The position numbers were made by a program, and so were the translations under genes. This document shows positions 12,795 to 29,171 of a stretch of 64,000 bases of DNA, piece after piece. Where the stretch lies: the NCBI GenBank assembly GCA_951406725.2, contig OX597814.1, positions 114,514,001 through 114,578,000 of the forward strand. The letters run 5' to 3'. The notes beneath the pieces were generated by a model. The model worked only from the letters and a program-made list of their open reading frames with translations, was not told the origin of the DNA and ran no database searches. Each line of letters starts with the position of its first letter. Position 1 is the first letter of the stretch. This DNA is from Octopus vulgaris. Taxonomy: Eukaryota.

Positions 12795-13625
12795 CTTTTC
12801 TACTTTACGTACAAGGCTCGACATTTTGGGGGCAGGGACCAGTCGATTAGATCGACCCCAATAAATAACAGATACTTAATTTATCGACCCCGAAAGGATG
12901 AAAGGCAAAGTCGACCTTGGCGGAATTTGAACTTAGAACGTAAAGACAGCCGAAATACCTATTTCTTTACTATCCACAAGGGGCTAAACACAGAGAGGAC
13001 AAACAAGGACAGACACACGGATTAAGTCGATTATATCGACCCCAGTGCGTAACTGGTTCTTAATTTATCGACCCCGAAAGGATGAAAGGCAAAGTCGACC
13101 TCGGCGGAATTTGAACTCAGAACGTAACGGCAGACGAAATACGGCTACGCATTTCGCCCGGCGTGCTAACGTTTCTGCCAGCTCACCGCCTTAAGAACAA
13201 TTATTATTTATTTTTTATTGCCCACATGGAGCTAAACATAAAGGGGACAAACAAGGACAGACAAAGAGATTAAGTTGATTACATCGATCCCAGTGCGTAA
13301 CTGGTACTTATTTAATCAACTGCGAAAGGATGAAAGGCAAAGTCGACCTCGGCGGAATTTGAACTCAGAACGTAACAGCAGACGAAATACAGATTTCTTT
13401 ACTACCCACAAGGGGCGAAGCACAGAGAGGACAAACAAGGGCAGACAAACGGATTAAGTCGATTATTTCGACCCCAGTGCGTAACTGGTACTTATTTAAT
13501 CGACCCCGAAAGGATAAAAGTCAAAGTTGACCTCAGCGGAATTTGAATTCAGAACGTAACGGTAGACGAAATACCGCTAAGCATTTCGCCCGGCGCGCTA
13601 GCGATTCTGCCAACTTACCTCCCTA
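12795..13625 (-). mobile_element. Two adjacent SINE group B dimers (12795-13192 and 13210-13625)
   Basis: Four copies of the body gaaaggatgaaaggcaaagtcgacctcggcggaatttgaac and two heads. Confidence 0.9.
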
Positions 13626-13648
13626 GGAACAATTATTACTACAACGAC

Positions 13649-14030
13649 GAAGGCGGCGAGTTGGCAGAAAGGAACAGCGCTGGAAAAATATTTTCGAGTT
13701 CAAATCCCGCCTTTCATCCTTTCAAGGTCGATGAAATAAGTACCAGTTGAGTAGCAGAGTCGATTTAATCGACTAGCCACCCCACCCGCTCAAATGTTGC
13801 TAGTCCTATGCCAAACGTTGAAACCGTTATTACGACGGCAAGCTGGCAGAGTCGTTACATTATCGGAAGAAAACCCTTACGATATTTTCATGTGGTTCTT
13901 TACATTTAGTCAAATCCCGCCGTAATCCACCGTACTTTTCGTATTTTCGAGATCTATAAAATCAGGAAAAAGGTTTGATGAAATCGATTAATCCCTCCCT
14001 AAAAATTATTTGCTTTGTGCCCAAGTTAGT
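13649..14030 (+). mobile_element. Decayed SINE group B copies
   Basis: aaggcggcgagttggcagaa head and ctttcatcctttcaaggtcgat core. Confidence 0.65.
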
Positions 14031-14688
14031 TAGAAATTAATCTAAAAGACATAATATTTCGGTCTAAAATGGTTAAGAAGTGATATACAAGGACATAAGT
14101 TTCTTTTAAAATCAAAGAAACAGCTAAAGAAAGATTTTCATGTGCGAATCGAAACCTGTTAGCGAAGTCGAGTCGATGTGAAGATTTTCTTTTTTTTGTT
14201 TTTGCTGCACTGCCCTTGCTTTTAAAGAGGGAAGACTATGGATCTCTCGAACCGATAGAAACTTGCATGAGAAATGTAGCAAAATTACTGATGTATGCAA
14301 TGCATGACTTACTTCATCTGTTGACTGAGAAGGACGGCAGAAAAGACTGATAAATAGAATTAAACAAATGAGAATATAAAAATGGAATCCCGCATTCAAC
14401 CGTTCCATCCATCCATCCATCTTTCTCTGTTTTCCTTTATCTCACTGACTTTCTCTTTCTCTCTCTCTCTCTCTTTCTCATCACACACACGCAGAGCACA
14501 TACGAATGTATATATCTAATCTATTAAATGTGTGTATGTGTATTGTGTGTAGATGTATACAGATAAAGAAACGAAAGAGCGGCATGATTCAGTCAGTACC
14601 GGACAGTACATACACACACACATACACACACACACACACGTACATGCATACATTCTCAGTCATATATTTACTTAAACACACACATACA

Positions 14689-14748
<60 letters not shown>

Positions 14749-15355
14749 TGAGTGCGTGTGTGCATATGTGTGCATGTTTATTTATATATATGTCAATGTT
14801 CGAAACTCAGCCTTTAAGTGACTTTGTAACTTCTGCCGATTAAATAATATACATGTATACTTATGTTTTGATTTCTATTCTCCTATATATGTATATGAAT
14901 ATATATATGTATATGAATATATATGTATATGAATATATATATATATAAATATTTATTAATATTTAGCAGAAGCAATGGAGTGACTCAAGGGCTGAGAGTT
15001 CCGTGCGTTGATAAGTGCTAACACACGAAATTCACTCATATATATATATATATACTCTCGTGTTCCCTGTTTTACCTTTCCTATATGCATCGCCAAAGAT
15101 GTGTGTGTACGTGTGTGTGTGTGTACATACATACATACATACATACATACATACATACATACATACATACATACATACATACATACACAATGATTGAGTG
15201 AAAAGTTGATAGAGAAATAGAGAGAAAAGTATAGAGAAAAGGGTCCGAAAGATGGGAAGAGACGAAAGAAATAGAAGGGACCAGGAAAGAATTTTGAAGT
15301 AAAATAGTGTCTGCGAGAAAGACAGTACAGAAAAAGAGAAAGAAAAGAGAGAGAT

Positions 15356-15450
<95 letters not shown>

Positions 15451-15690
15451 GAATCTAAGCATGAAATGATAAATATCAATTTTAAAAATACCTGACATAT
15501 TAATGAATAAATAATATATAATGTTGAATAAATAACATATGATATTGTATAAATAATAGTTTTTAAGGAAGGTAAACCGGAATAAAGAGAAGGAAAAGAA
15601 AGAAAGTAAACGAAGATGTAGAGAGAGAAAGAGAGAAAAAAGGAATATCGGCGGAGTTTTCGTTGATGTTTGTTCTGTTGCCGATGTTCA

Positions 15691-15709
15691 GCAGCGCCCC
15701 CTACAGCGC
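15691..15709 (-). promoter_or_regulatory. CTCF-like binding motif in a CpG-containing unique segment
   Basis: Minus strand gcgctgtagggggcgctgc resembles the CTCF core consensus; motif only. Confidence 0.45.
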
Positions 15710-16353
15710 CACTGTCGTCTGCTCACCATTAACTTTGTCGTTTCACTTGTGTTACTAGCTTCATCTGTGGCTCGTAGCATCGTCAGTTTAATTTCTAAAC
15801 GGACGACAACGATAACAAACAGCCTCTATATACAGGGGTCAATATGTTTACAGTGGATGAAATTAGTAAATGCAAAAGGAAAAGACGCGGTAAGACTTTA
15901 TTTAGCCATTTCCCATGTTATTCTTTTCTTCATGTTTCCTATACATTGGGGTTATGTTTACATATTCTCTTTTATTTTTTCGTTTCTAACTTATTTCTTT
16001 ATGGCTAATTTATATTTTCCTATTATACAATCTCTATTTATTAACTTTCATTGATATTTTTGTACAGGCATTTAATTTTTTTCTTTGTAGTTGTTATAAA
16101 CTTATTTGTTTATTTTCTTGATATTTCCATAATAATCGTCTGCCAATCTTTCTATCACCGCTTGTCGGTCAGTCTACTTGTTAATAATATATCCCTTCCA
16201 TCTCTCTTTCCCCCACTTTTTTTTTCAGTGTATACATACATGCCTAGCTTTTCCCCAGATACGCCCTTACCAAATTTTTTTATCATTCTTTAAACAAAAC
16301 AAAACAAAATAAGAACATTGTATATATACTTATTAATTTAGCCTTCCACGTTT

Positions 16354-16910
<557 letters not shown>

Positions 16911-17299
16911 TAATTTTTCGCTTGGTACTCGGCGTATGTATCGGTTCTGAACACACCGTATGGTTATCTATCTATCTACCTATCTATATGTCTAACTCTC
17001 TCTATGTATCTACATGTATCTATGTTTCTCAATTTTTATACCTGCCAAGACACATTCGCACACACACTCAATCACATACTTAAACACGGACATGCACACA
17101 CACACACACACAGACAGACAGATAGACACATGTATGCATAATATTAGACATTATAAACAGCAAATTGATAGAGGAGTAAACAACAGGCCCACGCAAGTGA
17201 TACAGTTGTGAATTGCATCTCTCGGTGGGTCTGTTGTTTCAGTCTCTCAAATTGACGCTTGAAATGTTTAACATCAATGATATAATAATCCTCACATTG

Positions 17300-17340
<41 letters not shown>

Positions 17341-17516
17341 ATATTTATACACAAACATACACACACATATGCATATATACAAATATGTATATATATATAT
17401 GTATATGTGTATACATATTCATACAAACACATCTCTCTCTCTTTCTCTCTCTCTCCCTATATATATATATACACGCACACACATATGCATGCCTGTGTGT
17501 ATTAATATCTATTAAC

Positions 17517-17584
<68 letters not shown>

Positions 17585-18229
17585 GTCTGTCTATACTTAC
17601 ATACATATATGTATGTAGGTATGTGTGAACGTGCATGTATGTATATGTGTATCTATGTATCTATCTATCTATGCATGTGTATGTATACATCTAACACCCA
17701 CCCCACCCCCATATATATATATACACAATATTTTTTTGCATAGAAACATGAGCGCACGTATTTCCATACGACGAAAGTTGTGGTTGTTCTTAATCTAAGA
17801 CATCTCTGTCGAAGCAGACTTATACTCAATGACTCCATCCGTGACCATTCCACAATTTTTGTAAGCATAACCTATAGCCTACCCCCGACTACATTGTTCA
17901 AAACCTGTATCTGCTCATCTTTGTTTTAAGAGAGGAATTTTTGATTTGATAGAGATTCGTTTTCTATTTTTAGCATGAGTTTGGTGTAAAAAATCGCTGA
18001 AAAAAAATGTTAAACCGATAGCGGAAGTTTATGCATAGTCAGCACTATATTTAGCTATATTCACGAACCACACTGTATTTGGCACCAGAGCAATTACTAC
18101 CAGGCTGTCAACATTGCATCAGTGTCTCCAAGAGAAATTTAGCAAGAATCAGGAGGAGTTCTTGCAAAATTCAAGCGAGTTGGGTGACATTTCTTTTTGT
18201 ATTTCATTTTTATTTTAATTTTAAAAGAA

Positions 18230-18707
18230 TTTTCTTTTACTTCTTTCAGTCTTTGGACTGAGGTCATGCTGGAGTGCTGGAGGTACGGTTTCGAAGGGGT
18301 TCGTCGAACAAATCGATCGCAATGCATCTTTTTAATCCTGGCACTTATTTTATCGATGTTTTTTTTTTTTTTACTGAACCTCTAACTTACAGGGACGAAA
18401 ACAAACCGGCACCGGTTGCCAAGCGGTTGTGGAGAGAAACACAAACACTGACATACATACATACATACATACATACATACATGCATGCACGCATGCATAC
18501 ATACATGCATGCATGCATGCATACATACACGCATGTATAGATACACACATACATGCATACATACATGCATACATATATACATGGATGCACGCATACTTGC
18601 ATACATACATGCATGTGTACATACACATACATGCATACATGCAGGTATATTTACATGCATACATACGTACATACATGCATGCATGCATGCATACATACAT
18701 ACATACA

Positions 18708-18739
<32 letters not shown>

Positions 18740-18915
18740 GACATACATGCATGCGACGGGCTTCTTTCAGCTTCCGTCCATCAAATCCACACACAAGGTT
18801 TTAGTCGGCCCGAGGTTATAGTACAAAACACTCGCAGAAGGTGCCACGCGTTGGGATTGAACTCGTAGCTATGTCTTTCGGATGCAAGTTTCCTACAACC
18901 CAACCTTGTGTGCAC
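18230..18915 (-). mobile_element. SINE group A with expanded internal (CATA/CATG)n
   Basis: Tail at 18230-18450, head at 18755-18915. Confidence 0.8.
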
Positions 18916-19261
18916 CTTTATAAAATTTATTCTAATCTGCCAGGATTTTTTTGTTTACTTTTCGTGCGCGCGCGTGTGTCCTAGAAAATGACTCTGCAGA
19001 TAGTCACTGGTCCCTTCTTAGCTTTCAGGGCCCCGGTTGATGCCTAGCCTTTCTGGACTCGGCTTTGTGCCATTGTTTGATATAATGGTAATAGTTGCAT
19101 CTAGCGTGATTTTCTATACAGTTTACCTTTCCTCTATTTTATTATCACGTCATCTATGGATGACAGAGGTGTAACTGCATCCTATTGTGTTGTTGAATAA
19201 CAACAGACCCGGTTAGATTGAACTTAGCTCCAAGCTACCAAAAAATATTCCTCGTGGGTCT

Positions 19262-19679
19262 CTTTACTCTTTTACTCTTTTACTTGTTTCAGTCATTTGA
19301 CTACAGCCATGCTGGAGCACCGCCTTTAGTCGAGCAAATCGACCCCGGGACTGATTCTTTGTAAGCCCAGTACTTATTCTATCGGTCTCTTTTGCTGAAC
19401 CGCTAAGTGACGGGGACTTAAACACACCAGCATCAGTTGTCAAGCAATGCTAGGGGGACAAACACAGATACACAAACACACACACACACACACATATATA
19501 TATGTACATATATACGACAGGCTTCTTTCAGTTTCCGTCTACCAAATCCACTCACAAGGCATTGGTCAGCCCGGGGCTATAGTAGAAGACACTTGCCCAA
19601 GATGCCACGCAGTGGGACTGAACCCGCAACCATGTTGTTGGTTAGCAAGCTACTTACCACACAGCCACTCCTGCGCCTA
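19262..19679 (-). mobile_element. SINE group A
   Basis: Full-length match. Confidence 0.92.
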
Positions 19680-19999
19680 TTTTTTCTGCTTCTTTTTTTT
19701 TCTGCGAGACTAAATGAAAATTGTTTACAGCTTTAGATAACTCTGCTTATAAAGTGTCAATAATTTACAATGTAAACTGGCAACGCTTTAGTACGAACGT
19801 TTTAAACTGTTATCATACATACACGTACAAATTTGTGCATGCCCGTACACACACGCGCGCGCACAGACACACATATACAAGCATGCATTCTCACAGTCAT
19901 ACATATACCTACATAGACATACACTTATATACATTCATGCGCATATGTAAGCTCGTGAACCGTTTGTGTACAAAGGCAAACATTTATTAGTACTCAGGG

Positions 20000-20169
20000 A
20001 AATTCCGTGTGGCACAGAATGTTGTAAGGCTAGCCCTTTGAGATACAGGTAGCTCCTGGGTGGGCTGGAGCAACGTGGAATAAAGTGTCTTGCTCAACGT
20101 GATGTCGGGAATTGAACTCATGCCCTTGCGATCATGAACCGAATACCCTAACCACTAGGCCACGCGCCT
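20000..20169 (-). mobile_element. SINE group C fragment
   Basis: Reverse complement of ggcgcgtggcctagtggttagg...ttgagcaagacacttta. Confidence 0.7.
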
Positions 20170-20176
20170 CCAGACA

Positions 20177-20718
<542 letters not shown>

Positions 20719-21533
20719 ATATATATATTCTTTTTTCTATATATGTATATATATATGTATATTATATATAAATAAATATACATGCATGCATGCATATATA
20801 CATACATACATACATACATACACACATACATACATGCATATATATATATATATATATGTCGTTGTATACTGGCGTAAAAAAAGTTGCATTACCCATAGCC
20901 TTTACAAAATTGTTGAAATCGATGTAGTTAATATTCAGTTTGATTTTTCTGTTTGTAAATATCTGTGAATGTCACGTGGGTGAACAGGAATTGCAGAGGT
21001 GTTCGATCTGCAGAGGAAAGAAGCGGAAGGAACTGAGAAATTTTTGTAATTCACTACGTAGTGTACAAAACAATGTACTTCTGGGTGTGGAGATTGTTGT
21101 TTAACCTCAAGTCTGCCCTTAACGAACTTATTAAGGATATTCCAGCTGTGTTTATTATGATTTTTGTTTCATTTTTATAAGGACAATTTTATACAAAGTA
21201 TCTTTCTTTCTTCAACGTGGAAGGTAGTTATTATAGGAAGTTTATGGAAGCTATTTCAAAAAAATAGTGCTTTCACGTTGAACAGGGTTTTGTCAACCAC
21301 CAGGTCGCAGGTCTGAACCGAATTGAGGATCATGTGGTGTCAGGAACACAGAAAGAATAAATTTTAAAATTCTATTTCTATTTTATTGATAAACGCAATC
21401 TGCAGGGTGTTTTTGAAAGTGTATGTATTATATATGTAATAATTAAATTATTTATTTTGTACACTATTGTTTCGTTATGCGTATCATCCTCCGTCCGTGG
21501 TAAAAAATGTTACAATATATATATATATCTTAT

Positions 21534-22086
21534 GTCAGGTCAATTTCGAGTGCTACTGGTAACATGTAACCCAGTACAACCTGTTGCATGGTCGGGGCGT
21601 CGGCGATTAAACCGGCAACCCCACCAAGCTTGCTTGGTGAGGAGGTTGTTTATTGGACACCCTGCGGGATGAAAAACAAAAACCGTGAAAGGGCGGGGGA
21701 ACTCTTGAGAATCAACGGCCATCCAATAAATGTCTTAAGGCTGTATCATGCGCGGGGACAGAGAAATAATCGGACTGAATACCCAATCTCGCGGTTAAAC
21801 CTTTGGGAGTGAAGGACTCATAGCCTTTGTTAGGGCATCCTTCTAGGAGAAGGTAACTCAGATAACTGGGATAACTCCGACATAAAACCTGCTGCTCAGT
21901 GGTTACCGATGATGTTGACTTCTTCTTCTTTTCGGATTATGGCTGCTTTGCTTACTGAGTGGGATTGACTCAGTGCACAGCCTTTCCTCACTTAAAAAAA
22001 GTCTTCTTGCACAGGCATTACACGATAACAACATTGATTAAGCTTCGTGCAATGGCCATACTCGATAACGAGGGGGCAGCCACCAT
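21534..22086 (+). mobile_element. Non-coding structured element resembling an RTE 5'UTR-derived non-autonomous retroposon
   Basis: (TA)n on both sides; several hairpins; gggcatccttctaggagaaggtaactc resembles a motif in RTE 5'UTRs (recalled, not searched). Confidence 0.45.
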
Positions 22087-22712
22087 ATATATATATATAT
22101 ATAAAGATTGAGGGTGGGCACTGACGTAGAGACACTTTCTTTGGTTCGTCCTGTTGCTATTTTCTTTTCTTTTCGTCTTTTGTTTGTTTTTGTTCTGGTT
22201 TAGCCTCCTGATTAAACAAATTTATGGCGCTCCAGTAGAGAGAGAGAGAGAGAGGGGAGGTTGCGAATGATGGACTTATTCAATGGTATTAGTGTTGATA
22301 TTATTGCTGTTGTTGATGATGATGCTGTTGCTGATGTTCAACCCCATGTCAGCTCTGTCCTAGTAGACCCACAATTAAAAAGATTAGAAGATTGCGTCCC
22401 TTTTCCCGAGAGAAATTCAACTGCTTTTTCCAGCCCGTTGAACGACCACTTCGACTCTTCCATGTTGTTCATGCAGTTGCTATGGTTTAACTCCTGCTCA
22501 ATCTTGATTCAACTGACATATGATCAACGGCATCCTGTACATAGTTTACCTAAGATTACATTATCCAATGTCCCTTTCATTTTATAATAGCGTAAGGTTT
22601 AAGACAGATCGACTTCTATTTCTAGGAGAGTAAGCGACCGCGTAGAGGTTCTGCGCTGGCTCGTTGATTGGCGATAATAGTGGTAGTTGATGGTATTGTT
22701 ATTGTTGTGGAG

Positions 22713-23045
22713 AAGGCGCATGGCTCAGTGGTTGGAGCGTCGAGCTTACGATCGTGAAGTTGTGAGTTCGAATCTCGGACCGGGCTGCGTGTTGTGTTCT
22801 TAAGCAAGACACTTTATTTCACGTTGCTCCAGTTCATTCAACTGTAGAAATGAGTTGCGACGTCACAGGTGCCAAGCTGTATCGGCCTCTGCCTTTCTTT
22901 TGGATAACATCAGTAGCGTAGAGAAGAGAGGATGGTATGCATGGGCGACTGCTGGTCTTCCATAAACAAACTTGCGCGGAATTGTGCCTGGGAGGGTAAC
23001 TTTCTAGGTGCAATCCTATGGTCAGTCATGACCGAAGGGGGTCTC
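22713..23045 (+). mobile_element. SINE group C (second tail type)
   Basis: Highly similar to 55458-55790 throughout. Confidence 0.9.
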
Positions 23046-23585
23046 AGCAGTTATTGTTGTTGCTGTTGTCAAGTAGCCCATTCCTGCTCTTATTTTGCAA
23101 ACCTATAACCAGAGATGTTTCTGGTATGACCAACATGAATGTTTTAGGAATAACGTGTAAAAGACCTCATAATCCAATGCGTTCATTTTTACATGTATGA
23201 TTTAAAAAAAAATTGGCTGCTACTTCTAGCAGATTGAGTGACCACTGAGGGACTATTCACATAAGCTTGCTTGTTGATAGTCGTAATAGTGGTATTGTTT
23301 AGCTCCCACATCAGTCCTGATCCAACAGTCCCATGGCAGAATGCGTTTCAGTCATGAGCATCTTACCTTTGTGATAAGCAGCATATTTAGGGCATTATTC
23401 AATGCACTCGTCTCTTTTATGGTAGTAAGTTACGAGTTATTAGATTTTGATTATTCTTTCTTGCATGTCGAGACACTACGTAGAGGTTTCTCCGTTTTGG
23501 TTAATCATTTAGACTGTGTGCTTGCGCGCGTGATATCTAAATCATAAACATTCCAGCTGGTATCACACACATAATCATATATACG

Positions 23586-24068
<483 letters not shown>

Positions 24069-24376
24069 TGAACCACTAAAGAAATGTCACACTGTAAGAG
24101 ATTATTTGTTTCACACGCGATATTGAGATTATATGGATTTTATCACATTTCTAGGTAGTTTCACATCAGGAAGATACCACTGACCCACAACACCACTCTC
24201 TTTTGAGGACACAAGGATTGCATGTAGGGTTCGAATTTGTTCATTTTTCGTGAACATAATAATGATCGCGAACGCATCGTTTTGAAAAGCATGATGCAGG
24301 ATCAAAACGTTGACTTATTGGGTATAAAAGCACCCAAATTTACCAGCCTTTCATTTGTTTCTCGAACGCAACACGC

Positions 24377-24690
24377 ATGCCAAGACTGAGACGAAATCAG
24401 AGGGAGTAAGCCATCGGACGTCTCCATGTTGGTTAACATCCATGGTTCATTGCTAATGACTTGAACTGCAGTATTCGGAAAATTGAGTGGTTGATGGCCT
24501 TCAATCGTTTGGTGCATTCAATGTGAATAATGTGCTTGGCGGTAATCAACTCTAACGCTGGTCACTCGAGATATTGAATTCATCACTTTGAATTCAGGAC
24601 ACTCCGTCATCACGTGACATCATGTGACGTCAAACATGTTTCAGGAAATGACGTTTTACATTAGGAAAGAACGGTTTCTTAATTAGCACT
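24377..24690 (+). pseudogene. Tc1-like transposase N-terminal fragment
   Basis: MPRLRRNQRE*AIGRLHVG*...IANDLNCSIRKIEWL (HTH pattern), preceded by gggtataaaag. Confidence 0.65.
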
Positions 24691-24765
24691 CTTCAATCAA
24701 ATTAGCAGTCTGCTAATAAACCAGTTTCTATTTAGTATGTGTGCGACGTTTCTTTTGTGGTTCAG

Positions 24766-24809
<44 letters not shown>

Positions 24810-24810
<1 letters not shown>

Positions 24811-25698
24811 TGGGTCATCCATTAAATAACGCGGTTTTTTCAATTCCATGAGCTTTAGTCGGAGGGGGACGGGATAAACTACCTGCATCAACTTGCTGCA
24901 AAAGCCGGTAGTAATTTTACCTTGTCTTTATTCTTAGTGCAAGTTGTGAAGAGTGCAGTTCAATTTTAACAGTTACATTTTCAAAGCTATTATGGAAGTG
25001 ACAAAGGAGCATATTTAGCATATTTTGCTTTATGAGTTCAATAAAGTCAACAACGCAACGGAAAGTGCGAGGAATATTAATGAATTATATGGGGATTGGA
25101 CAACAAACGTAAGCCAGTTTCTACGGTGGTTCCAGAAATTCAGAGCCGAAAACTACGGCCTAGAAGACGATAATCGTCCTGGAAGATTTATAGAACTCGA
25201 CGAGGATGTCCTGCAAACCCTGGAGGAACAAAATCCCATCGTAACTGTTCAGGAACTAGTAGAGAAACTTGGATTTGGCCACTCAACCAGTCATTCAAGT
25301 TAGCGCTAGAAGAAAAATGACCATCTTTGGATAATGCTTGGCTACATACAGCGTGGATGACATTCCAAAGGCTAGAGTAGTTTGAATGAGAAACAATGCC
25401 CCACCCATCATATTAGCCGGACATTGCCCCTTTTGCGTATAATTTATTCCGCAGTCTTCAAAATCATTTGGACGGAAAAAATACATAATTTTGTTGACGA
25501 GGTCAGAACAGAACTGGAGGAGTATTTTTCGGCATGGACAAGTGAATTTTAGAAGAAGGCTTTGCAAGTCTATCAGATAATTGGAAGAATATTGTAGAAA
25601 ATGAAGGAGAGTATATTTTAGATTAACAGGAACTTTGTCTTAATTTTGAATAATAAAAGGAAGTATAAAAAACCCACATTATTTATGGAACGACCTAA
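24810..25698 (+). mobile_element. mariner element, internally deleted
   Basis: TA-flanked TIRs ttgggtcatccattaaataa / ttatttatggaacgacctaa; MEVTKEHI*HILLYEFNK..ATESARNIN...WFQKFR...LEDDNRPGR from 24992; most of the catalytic domain is missing. Confidence 0.9.
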
Positions 25699-25924
25699 TA
25701 CACATGATAGGATAAGAAATAGAAAGTTTTTAGAACAGTTTTATATATTTGAAAAAATGAATAGAAATGACTTTTCTACTAATTTTTCTACTTTAATAGG
25801 TGTTTATAAGTTATATGTTTATATACTTATAGACATCTAATTATTAAAGTGGAAATATCATCAGAAAAACCATTTCTATTAATTTTTTTTCAAATATATC
25901 CGTCTGTGTGTGTGTTTATGCGGC

Positions 25925-25987
<63 letters not shown>

Positions 25988-26566
25988 CGTGCATATGTGT
26001 GTGAGTGTGTGTGTATTCCATATATATATGTGTTTGTGTGTGTGTGCATGTGCGTGCGTGATGAACGGACTCCAATGAGGCTAGTGTTGCTTAGTGTCGG
26101 CAAGATTTATATTATTTATTAAAATCGATGAAAAGAGTATCGTGGACTTGCTGTGAGGAGTAGTAAATCCAATGTTTCCAACAGAATCCTTCTTCAGGAA
26201 AAATTTAAAAGGAGAGAAAACAATGAGAGACAGCAGTTTTACATCTAAGTCAAAAAGAATTGGTTGCAACTGATAAGGAACACAAGACCACGTAAGCTTC
26301 ATACGTGAACAAAATGTGGTAGGACAATAAGGTATGATCGAAGCATACTACTCTTTCCTTCTTCCTTCTCACACTATTTCTCCTCCTACTTCTTTTTCAC
26401 ATTGTTACTCCCTTTACTTTCTTTTCACACTGTTTCACCTCCTACTTCCCGAGCACATTGTTACTTCCCTTACTTCCTTTTCACAGTTTCTTCTCCTAGT
26501 TTTTGTTCTTAAAGCTCACGTGGTCTTGCATTCCTCAGTTGTAGTCAGTATATTTTCTCTTTAACT

Positions 26567-26702
26567 TAGGGGAAGTGAAACTCCACTGTTTCTCATTTAT
26601 TTCTCTACTTCTAACTTTCATTTGAAGAAGGACTTTCGCCGAAACGTTGGATTTTCCACTTCGCAGGGTATGTTTATTGTCCTCATTTTATCGACTATAA
26701 AA
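26567..26702 (+). mobile_element. pLTR-like remnant with decayed HHR
   Basis: tttgaagaaggactttcgccGAAAcgttgg; related inverted copy at about 40960-41075; ends in microsatellite. Confidence 0.4.
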
Positions 26703-26927
26703 TACATACATATATATGTATGTATGTATATAGATATATAAATGTGTGTGTATGTATGTATATATATGCATGTATATATATATATATATATATATGTAAG
26801 TATATATATATATATGTATGTATATATGTATGTATATATATATTTATGTTTATATATATGTGTGTATATATATGTGCGTGTATATATGTATATATACATA
26901 GATAGATAGATAAACAGACAGTTAGAT

Positions 26928-27031
<104 letters not shown>

Positions 27032-27559
27032 TCAGTTAGGCCGAGGAAATGTTGCATTACCTAATGTCTTTGAAAGGCTTTTCAGGCATTTGTAATCAAT
27101 GAACTTATGTTGAGTTTGAACCTCTGTTTGAAATTATTTATAAATTTCACGTGGGACATGGCTTCCATAAGGTTTCGATCTGCAACGTAATGTGGCGGAA
27201 GAGATTAAGAAATATTCATGTTTCGGTATTTGTTATACGAATACACGTATTAATGAGCCTGATTGTTGCGGATATTTAACCCTAACTAGGCCTTGGTTGA
27301 ACTGGATACACCTCGGTATCTCAAGTAACAGCATTGCTGCATGGCACCAATGACGTCATAACAATATTATAGTCACGCCAACCTAAGTAATGCATTGGGA
27401 GTCCCTATATAAAACCACAGCATACATAGATTAGCATAGGGCTCCTACATCTGTAGAGAGCCTGGGTAACTATGCCCATACCTGAATACGGCACTGCTTA
27501 GAACCACTGGTGGGGGCGATAATGTCGGAAGGTTTCGAAAACGTTGTGATCTTTCATTA

Positions 27560-27950
27560 TCATCATTGTTCAACCGTGGTCGAGACAATGGAATTTACTA
27601 TGTTACGCCAGACTTCACGGTCCATCATAGCATTACATCTGGGTAGGAGAGTGTGCGCCCTCTGGTATCGCGAGCAGACGCCTTCCAGAGGAGGAGAGTA
27701 GAAATTACCTCGTTTTCAGCTCTACAACAATGTCCAGCAAACTAGACTCTTCTACCTTTCACAAGAGATGATACAGGTGGTAATTTCCATATATTTGTAC
27801 TTTGGTTGGATGACGCTTCCACGAGAGATTTTGAGCTCTCATAAGGAGGTGAGTGTAAGTTCCATCCAACCGCCTCTCAAGCTTCTTTGATAACGTCCAG
27901 GTTTCTGAGCCATATAGTAGAATTGGTTCGACTGTGGCTTTGAAGATTTT
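27560..27950 (-). mobile_element. RTE-like LINE 3' fragment
   Basis: KIFKATVEPILLYGSETWTLSKKLERRLDGTYTHLL...FAGHCCR. Confidence 0.88.
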
Positions 27951-28809
27951 AGTCGGTAGCCTCTGAAGGGAATAGTCTGCGATGCATGTTGTTAATAAAA
28001 TATAAATATCAGAACATTACTTTAGGATACATCTAAAAACGCGTGTAGGCACGTGCATGTACGTGAGTAACGGGACACTTTTTGTCTAATTCTAAGTCAT
28101 TGTCAATATTCTAGATAGTTCACATTGATCTTCTGTTGGTACGCAACTTATTCCGACACATTCACACGCATGCACGTTCATAAGCACTTAGTAGGGATCC
28201 TTTTATTAATATTATGCTGTCCATGCATTAACAACAACAACCGCAACAACGATAACAGGCACTAATTACATCACGTATGACACGTCTCTGAAGACCTGTG
28301 AAGGTTATGAACACTGTCCTTCTGTCATGAATATACCACAATGAAAAAAAGCAGAAATCAAATTTAATAGAAAACGGCGTAGCTGAGAATAAAAACTGAC
28401 TTACACTGGATACTTCAACTGACTAGATGGTTGCTCATGGTAACTATATTATTAGCATAATATATAACACAAGCCTAAACTCTCAGATAGAGCATTCTTG
28501 TGACAAACTAAACACCAGACTCCACGACAAAACTATTTTCTCATTAACGACAGAAACCTGACGCCAGCGATGGTTTAAAAAAGTCTAAGACCGAAACACG
28601 TGCGGCATTGTCGCCCCTAATTGCCATGATCAAAATGAAATTAATATTCGGTCATTGAGGGATTATTTTCTGCCTCTTATCCCACACTTCATATGTATTA
28701 TCAATTGATTTTTTCCTGCTCCTTATATCGATCACTATTTTGATTTTTTGTTGTTTTTGTGTGTGTAAAGATACCATCTTTGAGTAATTTCACTCAGTCA
28801 TATATATCT

Positions 28810-28861
<52 letters not shown>

Positions 28862-28969
28862 AAAAGAAATTTCAGATGAGAAACTGACAGCATACCTTTC
28901 TAACTAGTCTTGTCAGCATAATAATAATAAAAAAATATACATAGCTGCCATAATGATTGCTTCCTCATA

Positions 28970-29136
28970 GTCATCGTCGTCATCGTCATCATCATCTTCT
29001 TCTTCATCTTCATCTTCATCTTCTTCTTCATTTTCATCTTCATCTTCATCTTCTTCTTCTTCTTCTTCTTCTTCTTCTTCTTCTTCTTCTTCTTCTTCTT
29101 CTTCTTCTTCTTCTTCCCCCTCTTCATTATCATCCT

Positions 29137-29171
<35 letters not shown>

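Noticed and set aside
12795-13625. Regularly spaced repeats resembling a CRISPR array
   Set aside because: The units are SINE bodies of about 180 bp with no unique spacers; the context is eukaryotic and there are no cas genes.
26185-26296. Exon-like segment (ccaacag acceptor, CAC|GTAAGC donor)
   Set aside because: Stops in all three frames; it could only be non-coding and cannot be supported without transcripts.
28284-28322. CTGAAGA...GAAC hammerhead-like string
   Set aside because: GAAA is incomplete and stem I does not pair.
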